A DNA stretch of 64,000 nt from Desulfobacterales bacterium (GCA_963674755.2 CAXXVS010000003.1:1408001-1472000); one strand, 5' to 3'; counted from the first letter of the stretch, positions 51,925 through 61,607 are shown. Translations and numbers: made by a program. The notes: generated by a model from the letters alone, not told the origin.

Positions 51925-52404
51925 ATGAAGCCCAAACCCTTTCGGCCGGAACCGTTCGACGGAGCGCCCAACTATGTGCGCGATGACTCCGGCGGACAGG
52001 TTTGGCACCGCTGCCACACCCGCGTGCTCTACGCCGACACCGACCGCTCCCAGGTGGTCTACCACGGCAACTACCTGCGCTATTTCGAGTTCGGACGGGC
52101 CTCCCTGATGCGGGATGCCGGCTATCCTTACAAGGCGGTCGAAGAAAATGGGTTTGTCTACCCGATCATCGAGATCGGCCTCAAATATGTCAGCCCCTTG
52201 CACTATGACGACCCCATCTGGGTCAATACCCGCCCGGCCGACCTGGAGCGGGTGCGGCTGAGCTTCGACTACGTGATTACCCACCGGGAGACGGGCGACC
52301 TGATCTGTACGGGCACCACCCGCCACTGCGCCACCAACACCGCCGGTGTGCCGGTGGGCATCGACGAACAGACCTTAAACCTATGGCAGACTTTTCCCCG
52401 CTAA
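51925..52404 (+). CDS. Acyl-CoA/ACP thioesterase (YbgC/4HBT family)
   Basis: RVLYADTD..VVYHGNYLRYFEFGR. Confidence 0.9.
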   Translation: MKPKPFRPEPFDGAPNYVRDDSGGQVWHRCHTRVLYADTDRSQVVYHGNYLRYFEFGRASLMRDAGYPYKAVEENGFVYPIIEIGLKYVSPLHYDDPIWVNTRPADLERVRLSFDYVITHRETGDLICTGTTRHCATNTAGVPVGIDEQTLNLWQTFPR

Positions 52405-53276
52405 GCGGCCCCCGACGCATTGCGTTGGCGATTTCAAACCCGGCCTGGCTGCAAGATCACCGCTTTATGGGGCAGGCCGTGCTGCCCGGCGTTTGGGCCC
52501 TTGAATACCTGGCCCGGGCGGTGGAGGGTGTATTCCCCGAAGCGGTGCTGACTTCCTGCACAGCGGTGCATTTCGACAAGTTCCTGGCGTTGCCGCCGCC
52601 TGGCATCGCGGCGGTCGATGCGGTGGCCGAGATCGCGCCACTTGCCGGAGGCCTATTCGAAACCGTGCTCCTTACCCGTCATGTGGCTCCCCGAAGCGGG
52701 ATATCCCGTATGAAGGCCCATGTCAGGGCCCGCTTCGGTTTGTGGAGGCGGGCAGGTCATGACCGGCGGCCGGAGCCCCGGCCCGTCGAAGCGCTGCGGG
52801 ATGTCTTCGAGGTGGAACCGGAGCGCCTGTATGCGGAGATGGTGCCTTTCGGTCGCACCTTCCGGAACGTCGTCTCCCCGGTCCGGCTCGCTACCGGCGG
52901 TGCCCGGGCTACGGTAGCGGGGGGCGATCCCAAAGGTGAAGACACCTTTTTGCGGCTGGGCTCGCCTTTCCCGCTGGATGCGGCTTTCCACGCGGCCTGC
53001 GCCTGGGCCCAGCGCTATCGCGGCATCGTGGCCTTTCCCGTGGCCCTGCAGCAGCGCCTGATCCACCAGTCCACCTGCTTCGGGCATCGTTACGATGCGG
53101 AGATCTGCTTCAGAGAAGAAGAGGGCCGGGATCTCCTGTTCGATCTTTATCTTCGTGAAGGCGGGGGACGGCTTTGCGAAGTCGTGCGAGGTCTTGTCAT
53201 GCGGGATGTCAGCGGCGGCAAACGGCAGCCGCCGGACTGGGTCCGAACCGGGTTGAATGACGATGTGACGCGCTGA
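52383..53276 (+). CDS. Stand-alone type I PKS-like double-hotdog dehydratase
   Basis: WLQDHRFMGQAVLPG (HxxxGxxxxP) and LDAAFH. Confidence 0.8.
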   Translation: MADFSPLSGPRRIALAISNPAWLQDHRFMGQAVLPGVWALEYLARAVEGVFPEAVLTSCTAVHFDKFLALPPPGIAAVDAVAEIAPLAGGLFETVLLTRHVAPRSGISRMKAHVRARFGLWRRAGHDRRPEPRPVEALRDVFEVEPERLYAEMVPFGRTFRNVVSPVRLATGGARATVAGGDPKGEDTFLRLGSPFPLDAAFHAACAWAQRYRGIVAFPVALQQRLIHQSTCFGHRYDAEICFREEEGRDLLFDLYLREGGGRLCEVVRGLVMRDVSGGKRQPPDWVRTGLNDDVTR

Positions 53277-53287
53277 AGGGGAAAACG

Positions 53288-54034
53288 ATGCGGATACGAC
53301 AATGGCTTGGGCGCCTCATGCTGGCCGCGGCGACGATCTTGCCGGCGAGCTGCTCCTGGGTTGCCAAGGCCCCCATGGATGTTCTCTATTACCCTGCCGA
53401 CGAAGGCCAAACGCAGAAGAACCTGTTTGTTTTCATGCGCGGCATGGGCGGCAGCCATCGCAGCTTCGCGGAGGAAGGCCTGGTGGCGGATGTGCGCACC
53501 GCGGGGCTGCCCTTCGACATGGCCGCGCCCAACGCCCATCTGGGCTATTATGCCCGCCGCACCCTGATCGAGCGCCTGAAGGCCGACGTCATCGATCCGG
53601 CCCGCCGGCAGGGCAAGGACAATATCTGGCTGGTGGGGTTTTCCATGGGCGGGCTGGGTTCCCTGCTCTACCTGAAGGGCCACCCGGAGGATGTCGACGG
53701 GGTCTGTGTGATCGCGCCTTTTCTGGGGGACAATGACATCATTGAAGAAATCCGTTCCGCCGGCGGGGTGCGGGCCTGGCAGCCGGGGGATTACGATCCG
53801 GACGACGATTACCAGCGCATGCTTTGGCACTGGATCAAGGACAATGTCTCGGGCGATTCACCGGTACCGATTTTCCTGGGCTATGGGACGGACGACCGTC
53901 TGGCACCGGGCGGTGCCCTCCTGGCGGAGGTTTTACCAAAGGACCATGTGGTCACTATGCCTGGGGGGCACGACTACCCGACCTTCAAGGCATTGTGGAA
54001 GCGGTTTCTTGAGAGCAGGATCTACCTGCCATAA
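53288..54034 (+). CDS. Exported alpha/beta hydrolase (probable lipoprotein)
   Basis: GFSMGG, GTDD, GGHDY. Confidence 0.85.
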   Translation: MRIRQWLGRLMLAAATILPASCSWVAKAPMDVLYYPADEGQTQKNLFVFMRGMGGSHRSFAEEGLVADVRTAGLPFDMAAPNAHLGYYARRTLIERLKADVIDPARRQGKDNIWLVGFSMGGLGSLLYLKGHPEDVDGVCVIAPFLGDNDIIEEIRSAGGVRAWQPGDYDPDDDYQRMLWHWIKDNVSGDSPVPIFLGYGTDDRLAPGGALLAEVLPKDHVVTMPGGHDYPTFKALWKRFLESRIYLP

Positions 54035-54121
54035 TCTTTTGGGGCATTTCATGTCCCAAAAGATTATAATGGACACCGCCAGTGCAAGCAGGCACCTGTG
54101 AGGTGGCGGGGTCTGCTTCCA

Positions 54122-54808
54122 TTACAATGTGAAGATTGAGTGGGGGGCGTCGCCATAGGGTGCCTGCGATTCACGAATCACCCGCCTGATGCCGCGTGCG
54201 ATGTGGGCGCCGACGCCGTCCACCGCCGTTAGATCTTCCAACGCCGCATTCAATACGTTTTGAACGCTGCCGAAGCGCTCCAGCAGGCGGGCCGCCCGTG
54301 CGGGCCCTACACCCGGAAGACTTTGCAGGATATACAGCTGCTGCTTGCGCCGGCCCTTGGGCCGGTAACCGGATCGTGAAAGTCCGCCGGCGGCCATACG
54401 GTTGACCTGGCGTCCGGCATAGACCATCAGGCGCGCGGTTTCCTCGGGGCTCAAGGCCCGCAGCACTGGAATTCCCAGGACCAGGCTGGTGGTGATGAGC
54501 GCCCCCTGCAAGGCTTCCCGCTGGATTTCACCCTGCCGCAGATCGCGGCTTTTACCTTCCAGAATGAGAACCCCTTTCAACGGCGAGGCGGCCAGGCGGG
54601 TCATTTGCCTGAAAAGACGGCCGTCGATGACCGAAAGGGCAAAATCCGGCAGGGTTTTACGTTCAAAAACCAGGCGCCCGTCCACTTGGAAATCGCCCAT
54701 GGTCAACCGTTGCACTTCGCAGGTGACGCCTTCCATGGCGCTCAGTGCCTGGCGGATCGGCTGCGAGCGTTCGCGGTCGTCGATGACGATATTGATGGTT
54801 GTCTTCAA
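54122..54808 (-). CDS. ERCC4/XPF-type nuclease with tandem HhH
   Basis: DDRE, GDF..ERKT..D, LPGVG and VDGVG hairpins. Confidence 0.88.
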   Translation of the reverse strand: MKTTINIVIDDRERSQPIRQALSAMEGVTCEVQRLTMGDFQVDGRLVFERKTLPDFALSVIDGRLFRQMTRLAASPLKGVLILEGKSRDLRQGEIQREALQGALITTSLVLGIPVLRALSPEETARLMVYAGRQVNRMAAGGLSRSGYRPKGRRKQQLYILQSLPGVGPARAARLLERFGSVQNVLNAALEDLTAVDGVGAHIARGIRRVIRESQAPYGDAPHSIFTL

Positions 54809-54964
54809 GGGGTTGCCTTTACCGTTCGCTATTTAGTGTTCATCCAGAGATGGTAGATTTTGGTTTCGGCCAAGGCCGCAGTGATTTGGGAACCGCAGGC
54901 GTAGCTGAGCTACGTTGAGGATTTCCAAAGAGCGAGAACGCCGGGCGGGACCAAAAGATGCCAT

Positions 54965-56290
54965 TTATGGATGGGCACTATTTAGGTATTCTCCGATGAT
55001 GCGGAGACGCTGATTAAACCCCTGTATCGTACTGTCGACGAGTTGTTGGGGGAAGTCTCCGGGCAAGTCCGCGACGGTGTTCTCAAGTGCTATGGGTGCG
55101 TTTGTGACGATGGCCTCGAAAATCTTATTCAGACGTGTTTGGGCGAAACCGGCCCTGATGGCGGTCTGAACAAAATGACGGGGGTCTATGGTGCGAAAGA
55201 CATAGTGCCTCTTGTCGCCAACGGCCATGGCGAATTTCATTTGGTTATGGCGCAGTTGGCCGGCATCCAGGTTGGGTTGGGCCGTCATGATGTCATAGAG
55301 CGGCGTCAAGTGGAAGCGCCCGCCGGGCAGCAGAAAGATGCTGAAATTCTTGGCGTGGCCGTCTGTGGCACCCAACAGCCAGAAGAGGATTTGGGCCCGC
55401 AGGAACATCTCCTGATCTGATCCCGGTTCATCACTGGCTTTGAGGAAGTTAAGAAGTGCCTTCAGCCCCGGTCCGCCATCCGGCTCATATTTTTTTGTAG
55501 GGGGAACGGAGAGAGACTGGCAGCAATCCTCCTGGGGAAGGCGCAGCAGGCGGTTGTCCCGGGTCCAATGTCGGTCGAACCGCTCGATCACGAGAACACG
55601 CTGGTCTTCGAAATCTTTAATCACCGCATCGGCGGCCGGCAGACCGAACGCTTTGACCAGCCGCAGGCATAGATATTCATTTTCGACGCTCCGGGTCAGG
55701 TCAATGCCATTCCTCAGTTTTCCAATCTGGGGTTTGAAGATATGGGTGGTGGCCGTCGTCCCCAGAGGGATGTGCCAACGCCCTTTCCATTGCAGGAGAG
55801 CTGTTTTTTCCTGGGCACCGGCAATGGAGATGCGAAAGGCATCATCCTCGCTGACGCCGAGCGGGTATTGATTCAGCTCCCGGATGATACGGGCGATTTC
55901 GCCATCGCTGACAGTTCGTCCTTCCACTAAGCCGGCACCCGCCGGCAGGACGTTCTCCGGCAGGAATTGGAGGGCACCCACACAGTCACGCCCGACCGCT
56001 GCCAGCAGGCTGTAGGCGTCGTAACCATCGGCATGCACCCGTTGGGCCATACGGCGGCGAATTTGTTCGCTGTCCGGCAGCAGGTTATCGAAAACCGCAA
56101 CCACGGGCGCGCCGATATAGTGGTCTTCGCGCAGCGGGAGCGACAATGAGACGGGCAGGGCATGCTTCCAGGCCAGCCATGTTTCGTCATACTGAAAATC
56201 GATGGCGCCGCTGACTTGTCGGTTGAGCCGGCCTACCAGACGGCTGTTCAGGTAGAGCGAGAGGGGGCTGCGCACACGCCGCCGCGCCAT
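54965..56290 (-). CDS. hipA: HipA toxin kinase
   Basis: ISIAGAQEKT, THIFKP, ERFDR, QEDCCQ, TDGHAKNFS, PLYD. Confidence 0.95.
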   Translation of the reverse strand: MARRRVRSPLSLYLNSRLVGRLNRQVSGAIDFQYDETWLAWKHALPVSLSLPLREDHYIGAPVVAVFDNLLPDSEQIRRRMAQRVHADGYDAYSLLAAVGRDCVGALQFLPENVLPAGAGLVEGRTVSDGEIARIIRELNQYPLGVSEDDAFRISIAGAQEKTALLQWKGRWHIPLGTTATTHIFKPQIGKLRNGIDLTRSVENEYLCLRLVKAFGLPAADAVIKDFEDQRVLVIERFDRHWTRDNRLLRLPQEDCCQSLSVPPTKKYEPDGGPGLKALLNFLKASDEPGSDQEMFLRAQILFWLLGATDGHAKNFSIFLLPGGRFHLTPLYDIMTAQPNLDAGQLRHNQMKFAMAVGDKRHYVFRTIDPRHFVQTAIRAGFAQTRLNKIFEAIVTNAPIALENTVADLPGDFPQQLVDSTIQGFNQRLRIIGEYLNSAHP

Positions 56291-56541
56291 TAGAAAATAT
56301 CCTCGATGGTGCGGGTGTCCGCTTTCGTGCGTGCCCGGATGACCAGTTCCAGATCAAGGGCGGCAAGGACGTCCACCAGCGTCTGGAGCTGGGTTTTCGG
56401 CTCGCCGTTTTCGAGGCGCGATATGGTGCCCTGCCGCCGGTGGGTCCGGGTGCCGACCTCGGCTTGGGTCAGGCCCAGCGTGCGGCGTCTGCGATGCAGG
56501 GCAGCGCCGATCTGATCGGCGGTGCGTGCAATCTGCTCCAT
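56290..56541 (-). CDS. hipB: HipB antitoxin (XRE HTH)
   Basis: GLTQAEVG..QGTISRLENG; overlaps the hipA start. Confidence 0.9.
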   Translation of the reverse strand: MEQIARTADQIGAALHRRRRTLGLTQAEVGTRTHRRQGTISRLENGEPKTQLQTLVDVLAALDLELVIRARTKADTRTIEDIF

Positions 56542-56575
56542 GAAGGTTCTCTCCCTCTTTGGTCTTAATGGCGTA

Positions 56576-56648
56576 ATTATACGCCTCTGCGTATAAATGT
56601 CAATATACGCATGAGCGTATAATTATATTTTATACGCTCATGCGTATA
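56576..56648 (-). promoter_or_regulatory. hipBA promoter with three 18-bp operators
   Basis: TATACGC-N4-GCGTATA at 56578, 56604, 56631; TTGACA (56603-56598)-N16-TATAAT (56581-56576). Confidence 0.9.
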
Positions 56649-56713
56649 AGATTGGAAGTATTGACCGATCGCCATTGGGTGCATCTACCCCTCAAGCATT
56701 TGGCCTTTCTGCT

Positions 56714-57085
56714 TCAATTTCGCCAAATGCCGATGGCCAGCATCAGCCAAGCCGCTATAAAGGCGACTCCGCCGATGGGCGTGATGATGCCCAGTGAGCG
56801 GATGCCGGTCATGCTGATGACATAGAGGCTTCCGGAGAAGAGCAGGATACCGGCCGCCATGAGCAGGCCGGCCGCCGGCAGCAGGGAGGATCCCTTGTAG
56901 AGTTGGGTCAGGATGCCCACCAGGATCAGGCCCAGGGAGTGGTAGAACTGGTATTGGACGCCGGTCTGGAAAACGGCCAGGATGTCTTGCGGCAGACGGG
57001 CCTTGAGGCCATGGGCGGCAAAGGCCCCCAGGGCAACGGACAGGGCGGCGCTGACGGCGCCTGTGGCAATCAGGAAACGGGTCAT
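56714..57085 (-). CDS. DUF423 (YgdD/TMEM256) membrane protein
   Basis: VALGAFAAHGL, YQFYH, FSGSLY, ITPIGG. Confidence 0.92.
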   Translation of the reverse strand: MTRFLIATGAVSAALSVALGAFAAHGLKARLPQDILAVFQTGVQYQFYHSLGLILVGILTQLYKGSSLLPAAGLLMAAGILLFSGSLYVISMTGIRSLGIITPIGGVAFIAAWLMLAIGIWRN

Positions 57086-57253
57086 GGCATTGTCCCTATG
57101 TTAGGCGTTATCGGACCCCAACCACAAACGATGTTCTGGGGTGCAATCGCAACAAAGAAAATTATGGGCCGATGGCCTGAGATCTTTCCATTGCTATGCT
57201 TATCCTAATTTTACCAAATTGCCAGAAGGAAAGGCGATGGATCAGGCATGTCG

Positions 57254-57496
57254 CTATTTGCGGCCATTTTGAATCCCGAGCCACTCCTTAGCGTCTTCTT
57301 CAATATTATCGAGGGTAAATTGGGAGACGTCGGCATCGGAGATATCCCACAGATGCAACGAAGTCACCGTTCCGGAACAATAAGTGGCGGTCCATTGACG
57401 GAAATCATCCGCTTCCATCTTGCCGACGGCTTTGATGATCGTCAGATCCCGGGATAAATCGTAAGTCGTTTCGATGACTCCCATCGTGTGTTCCAA
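57254..57496 (-). CDS. Hypothetical protein, possibly a fragment
   Basis: 80 aa ORF co-oriented with neighbours. Confidence 0.35.
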   Translation of the reverse strand: MEHTMGVIETTYDLSRDLTIIKAVGKMEADDFRQWTATYCSGTVTSLHLWDISDADVSQFTLDNIEEDAKEWLGIQNGRK

Positions 57497-57519
57497 ATTT
57501 TAGGGGCTTCCGTATTAGA

Positions 57520-58884
57520 TCATGCAAACAAATCGGCTGCTGTCTGCCGGTCGTATTTGCCGGCGGCGGACATGGGGATTTTGTCAACGACAACGATCCG
57601 TCGGGGAAGCGCGTAAGGCTCCACCCTGGCCGCCAACGCCTGGCGAATCTCCATGGCATCGCGCGTGCCTTCCACCAGCGCCACGATTTCGTTTTCCCGG
57701 CCCCGACCGGCGGGCAAAGACAGCACCAGGGCGTCCGTGATGCCCGGCAGTTCCTTCAGACAGGTCTGCACGCCCTCCAGGTCCACCCGCCTGCCGCCCA
57801 CCTTGACGATGCCATCGGCCCGGCCTTTGAGGAGAAAACTCCCCTTGTTATCTTCACCCACACGATCGCCGGTCAGGAAAAACCCCTTGGCATCAGTTTT
57901 TAAGTTGGGGGAAAGATAGGGGCTGCGGACATAGAGCCGCTCGCCGATGATTTTGGTTTCCACGGAGGCCAGCGGCGAGAGGCCGGTTTCGTTGTTGGCC
58001 CGGTTGCGGGTGGCCACGCCGCCGGTTTCGGTGGAGCCGTAGACTTCGGTGACGCCGATCCCGGTCTGCTCGAAAAAGGCTGCACCGTCCTCGGGCTCCA
58101 GGCGGCCGGCCGAAGAGACGGCCAGGCGCAGGTGGCCGGCGTCGACGTCCACGCTGCGGAGCACCCGGTAGTGCATGGGCACTCCGGCGAAGATCGTGGC
58201 CTTGTGGCGGGTCAGGGCCTCCATGATGCCGTCGGGATAGACGGAGATGCCGGGGTTCACGCCGGCCGAGGCGACCATGGGGATCAGGACGGCGAAGAGC
58301 AGGCCGTAGATGTGATAGGGCACGGTCATGGCCACAAAACGGTCTTCCGGCGCTATGGCGAAGCGTTGCGCCATGAAAAAGGCTTCCCCGAAGAGATTGC
58401 CCACGGTTTTGGGCCAGACCTGGGGTTTTCCAGTTGTGCCGCCCGTGAACAGGCGCACCATCACCTTGTCGATCGGGGCAGGCTGTAAGCCCGCCTCCGA
58501 GAATCCGGCCGGGGTGATATAGACCGGCTGGAGGGGCGCGGGCAGGTCGTCCGGCCGGTCGGTGATAACCCGGCGGGCACCGGTGGCGGCGTGGATCTCC
58601 TGCAGGGCATTGGTGCTCAAGGCGTAGGGCAGCAATAGTGGGGGCGTTCCTTGGGCGGCGGCGGCCAGCATGGCTGCGGCGGTAAAGGCTTTGCCCTCGG
58701 TGTAGAGACAGACCGGCTCCTCGGGGGTATCAAAATCGGCCAGGGCGCCCACCAGGCCGTAGGCCAGATCGTAAAGCGCCTGGTAGGTGGTCAGGTGTTC
58801 GATAAAGGTCTTCTCCGGTATGGACGGCGCTGCCAGGAGCCGTGCCATCTGCTCTTCGAGTGGGATAGGGTAGTGCAAGGCCAT
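57520..58884 (-). CDS. AMP-dependent acyl ligase
   Basis: FTGGTTGKP, YGSTETG, TGD, GRADGIVKVGG, GKYD. Confidence 0.9.
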   Translation of the reverse strand: MALHYPIPLEEQMARLLAAPSIPEKTFIEHLTTYQALYDLAYGLVGALADFDTPEEPVCLYTEGKAFTAAAMLAAAAQGTPPLLLPYALSTNALQEIHAATGARRVITDRPDDLPAPLQPVYITPAGFSEAGLQPAPIDKVMVRLFTGGTTGKPQVWPKTVGNLFGEAFFMAQRFAIAPEDRFVAMTVPYHIYGLLFAVLIPMVASAGVNPGISVYPDGIMEALTRHKATIFAGVPMHYRVLRSVDVDAGHLRLAVSSAGRLEPEDGAAFFEQTGIGVTEVYGSTETGGVATRNRANNETGLSPLASVETKIIGERLYVRSPYLSPNLKTDAKGFFLTGDRVGEDNKGSFLLKGRADGIVKVGGRRVDLEGVQTCLKELPGITDALVLSLPAGRGRENEIVALVEGTRDAMEIRQALAARVEPYALPRRIVVVDKIPMSAAGKYDRQTAADLFA

Positions 58885-58887
58885 CCG

Positions 58888-60321
58888 TCAGTGATCCTTT
58901 TGGGGTTCGAAATTGCGCTTGGCTGCGATGAAGCCCGGCAAGTGGGCCATCACGTGCCACAGGCTCCAGCGGTGCTCCCATAGCCGGCGATGGAAGCGCC
59001 GCCGCCAGTCCGGGCTGGAATAGAAGCGTTTGACATGCTGGTTGTAGAGTTCGTCCAGGGCTTCCCGGGAGGCGATGGCCCGGGGCACGAAGACGAAGTT
59101 CAGGCAGTTCATCTGTCGCCAGTCTTCCCGGAAGGTACCGTGCTCCTGAAGATTCTGCCACACCGGGGCGCCGTGAAAAGGAGTGAACTTGGTCATGTTC
59201 ATGTCGTCCAGGCCGAGGGACATGACGAAATCGCTGGTGCGGCGGATGGAGGCCTCGGTTTCCCCGGGCAGGCCCATTATGAAAAGGCCCTTGGTCCGCA
59301 GCCCGTGGGCCTGGATGCGGCGAATGGTGTCCCGGACCGCCTCCGGATGGACGCCGGGTTTGTGGCGGTCCATCAACTCCGTGTCGCCGGTTTCGATGCC
59401 CAGGGACACTTGCAGGCAGTCGGCGGCTTTGAGCATCCGCAGCAGGTCGTCGTCGGCGTGTCCCACCCGCACCGCGCAGTTGAATTGTATCCCCAGGGGC
59501 TTGTCGCCCAGCAAAGTGCACAATTCGGTGATGCGGCGGCGGTGGGCGGTAAACAGGTCGTCGTAAATATTGATGTGGCGCACGCCGAAGCGGTCGTGCA
59601 GATAATGCATATGGGCGTAAATGTAGGCGGCGGAGTTATAGCGGTAGCCCTGCTTGAACACCGAGCGGTCGCAGTAGGAGCATTTGTAGGGGCATCCCCG
59701 GCTGGTGACCATGGTGGCGCCGGGGCGCTGGATGTAACTGAAAAGCGGCAGATGGTAGCGCCGGGGAAAGCCTTCCAGCAGATCGTAGGCCGGAAAGGGT
59801 AATTGGTCGAGATCCGGCAGGAGGCTGCGCGCCGGGTTGCTGACGACCTGTGCACCATCCCGCCAGATCAGTCCCGGGATGTCGGCCGGGGAGACCCCGT
59901 CGGCCAACTCGGCCAGGGTGGCCTCGCCTTCCCCCATGCAGAGAAAATCGATGGCGGCAAACGCTTTCAGCAAAGGCGCGCCGATGGCGGAGACGTGTAC
60001 TCCGCCGAAGATGCACACGATTTCGGGACGCTGCGCTTTGAGGGCCTCGGCCAGGGCGTAACCGTCCAGAAAGCCCGAGGTGGTGGCGGAAAAACCCACC
60101 AGATCGGGCTTCAGGGCCAGGATATCCCGGACCACCAGGTTATGGGGGCGGGTCCGGTCCCAGGCCAGGCAGTCGTAGACCTGCACCCGGTGGCGCCCTT
60201 CCCGCAGCCAGGCGGCCATGGAAAGCAGCCCCAAGGGCGCCATACGGTTGGCGATGGGGGTGAAGTCGGTTTGACCGGGCACCCAGTTGGAGCCGGCCGG
60301 ATGGATCAGGACGATGTTCAT
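58888..60321 (-). CDS. B12-binding radical SAM protein (class B methyltransferase-like architecture)
   Basis: PLGLLSMAA, FGGVHVS, GEGE, SRGCPYKCSYC, GLPGET. Confidence 0.92.
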   Translation of the reverse strand: MNIVLIHPAGSNWVPGQTDFTPIANRMAPLGLLSMAAWLREGRHRVQVYDCLAWDRTRPHNLVVRDILALKPDLVGFSATTSGFLDGYALAEALKAQRPEIVCIFGGVHVSAIGAPLLKAFAAIDFLCMGEGEATLAELADGVSPADIPGLIWRDGAQVVSNPARSLLPDLDQLPFPAYDLLEGFPRRYHLPLFSYIQRPGATMVTSRGCPYKCSYCDRSVFKQGYRYNSAAYIYAHMHYLHDRFGVRHINIYDDLFTAHRRRITELCTLLGDKPLGIQFNCAVRVGHADDDLLRMLKAADCLQVSLGIETGDTELMDRHKPGVHPEAVRDTIRRIQAHGLRTKGLFIMGLPGETEASIRRTSDFVMSLGLDDMNMTKFTPFHGAPVWQNLQEHGTFREDWRQMNCLNFVFVPRAIASREALDELYNQHVKRFYSSPDWRRRFHRRLWEHRWSLWHVMAHLPGFIAAKRNFEPQKDH

Positions 60322-60336
60322 AGGGGGCAGGTGATC

Positions 60337-61494
60337 CTAATGGCCGGTGTCTCCGCCGGGCGTGGGGTTGATGCTGCGTACGCCGGCCATGCTGCGGGCG
60401 GCCAGGCGTGCCAAAATCAGAGTGGTCCCGCCCATCAGGCAGGCCAGAAGGGGCGCCAGCACGAGGGCGCCGATCAGCCATTCGTATAGGCGTTCCAGGG
60501 CCTGGTAGCCGATTGTTTCCAGTGAAATTTCGGTCAGGAAACGGCCGTGGCGCAGGAGGTAACCCAACTCGATGCACAGGGCCGGCACCACCGGGGGCAT
60601 GCAGAGCTGGCTGGCCGCCAGGGCCGCGAGTTTGTTCAGTCGGAAATAGGTGGCCGCCAGGATGATGACGAGGGTGTGGCAGGCAATCAGGGGCAGGGCG
60701 CCCAGGAAGACCCCCATGCCGGCCGCCAGGGCCAGCTGGGTGGGGGAGGTGTTTTCCCGCAGCAGGGTGCGCAGGGACTGCATGGGATGCCATACGGAAA
60801 TGGCCCTCCCCGGCATGTCGTTCCCGGCCACCAGCTTGCGGTGGGGTACCGGGAGAACCGAGCGCAGGGTGTAATGAATGTTCAGCAGGAACCGCCACAG
60901 GCTGCGCCGTGGGGGCTCCCCCGCGCCCCCGGGCGTCGCCGGGTTTGCCTCCAGCGCTATCTCATGAAACGGCACGTCGGCCCAGGCGGATTTAATCAGG
61001 AGTTCGGTGGCAAGCGCCTTGCCCCCCTGAAAGAGCCGCAAATGGTCGATAACCGCCAGGGGGTAGATGCGCAGCGGGCTGGCAGGGTCTTCCAGATGGC
61101 GTCCGGTCTGGATTTTAAGCCAGAACCGCGGCAGGGACCGTTCGGCCCATCGTTCCCGCCACCCGATCCGGCCGGCTGCCTGGCGACACCCCATGACAAG
61201 CGCCGTGGGATGGGACCGGCAGGCCTCGACCAGCCGCTTCAGATTCACCTCGCTGGATATGGATGCGGCCGTGATGATGGCCAGATGGGAGGCATCGCGC
61301 GTTCGGGCCCGATGGGCGGCCTCCCGCAGGGTGGAAACCGTTAAACGGTCCGCCCCATGGCCGCCGACCGCAATCAGGACCCCATCGGCAGCGCGGGAGA
61401 TTTGTCGCGCGGCGGCGTTGAAATGCGTCCCGTTTTTTTTCGGGCCGGGCCATATGAAAAAGGCGATTCGGATTGTTATAAGTCCCCGTTGCAA
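60337..61494 (-). CDS. Degenerate GT2-like domain fused to DUF2062-like membrane domain; start uncertain
   Basis: FWLKIQTG..EDPASPLRIYPL; C-terminal SPTQLALAAGMGVFLG..WLIG. Confidence 0.75.
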   Translation of the reverse strand: MQRGLITIRIAFFIWPGPKKNGTHFNAAARQISRAADGVLIAVGGHGADRLTVSTLREAAHRARTRDASHLAIITAASISSEVNLKRLVEACRSHPTALVMGCRQAAGRIGWRERWAERSLPRFWLKIQTGRHLEDPASPLRIYPLAVIDHLRLFQGGKALATELLIKSAWADVPFHEIALEANPATPGGAGEPPRRSLWRFLLNIHYTLRSVLPVPHRKLVAGNDMPGRAISVWHPMQSLRTLLRENTSPTQLALAAGMGVFLGALPLIACHTLVIILAATYFRLNKLAALAASQLCMPPVVPALCIELGYLLRHGRFLTEISLETIGYQALERLYEWLIGALVLAPLLACLMGGTTLILARLAARSMAGVRSINPTPGGDTGH

Positions 61495-61607
61495 TTCGAA
61501 AATAAGAAAGGACGGGCATCGTCCGGAAATCCAAACCTACCGTTTAGCAGGCTCTCCGGCAGATGGCAAGGATGATGGTGGATGCGGACTTCGACGCGCT
61601 GTTCTTT

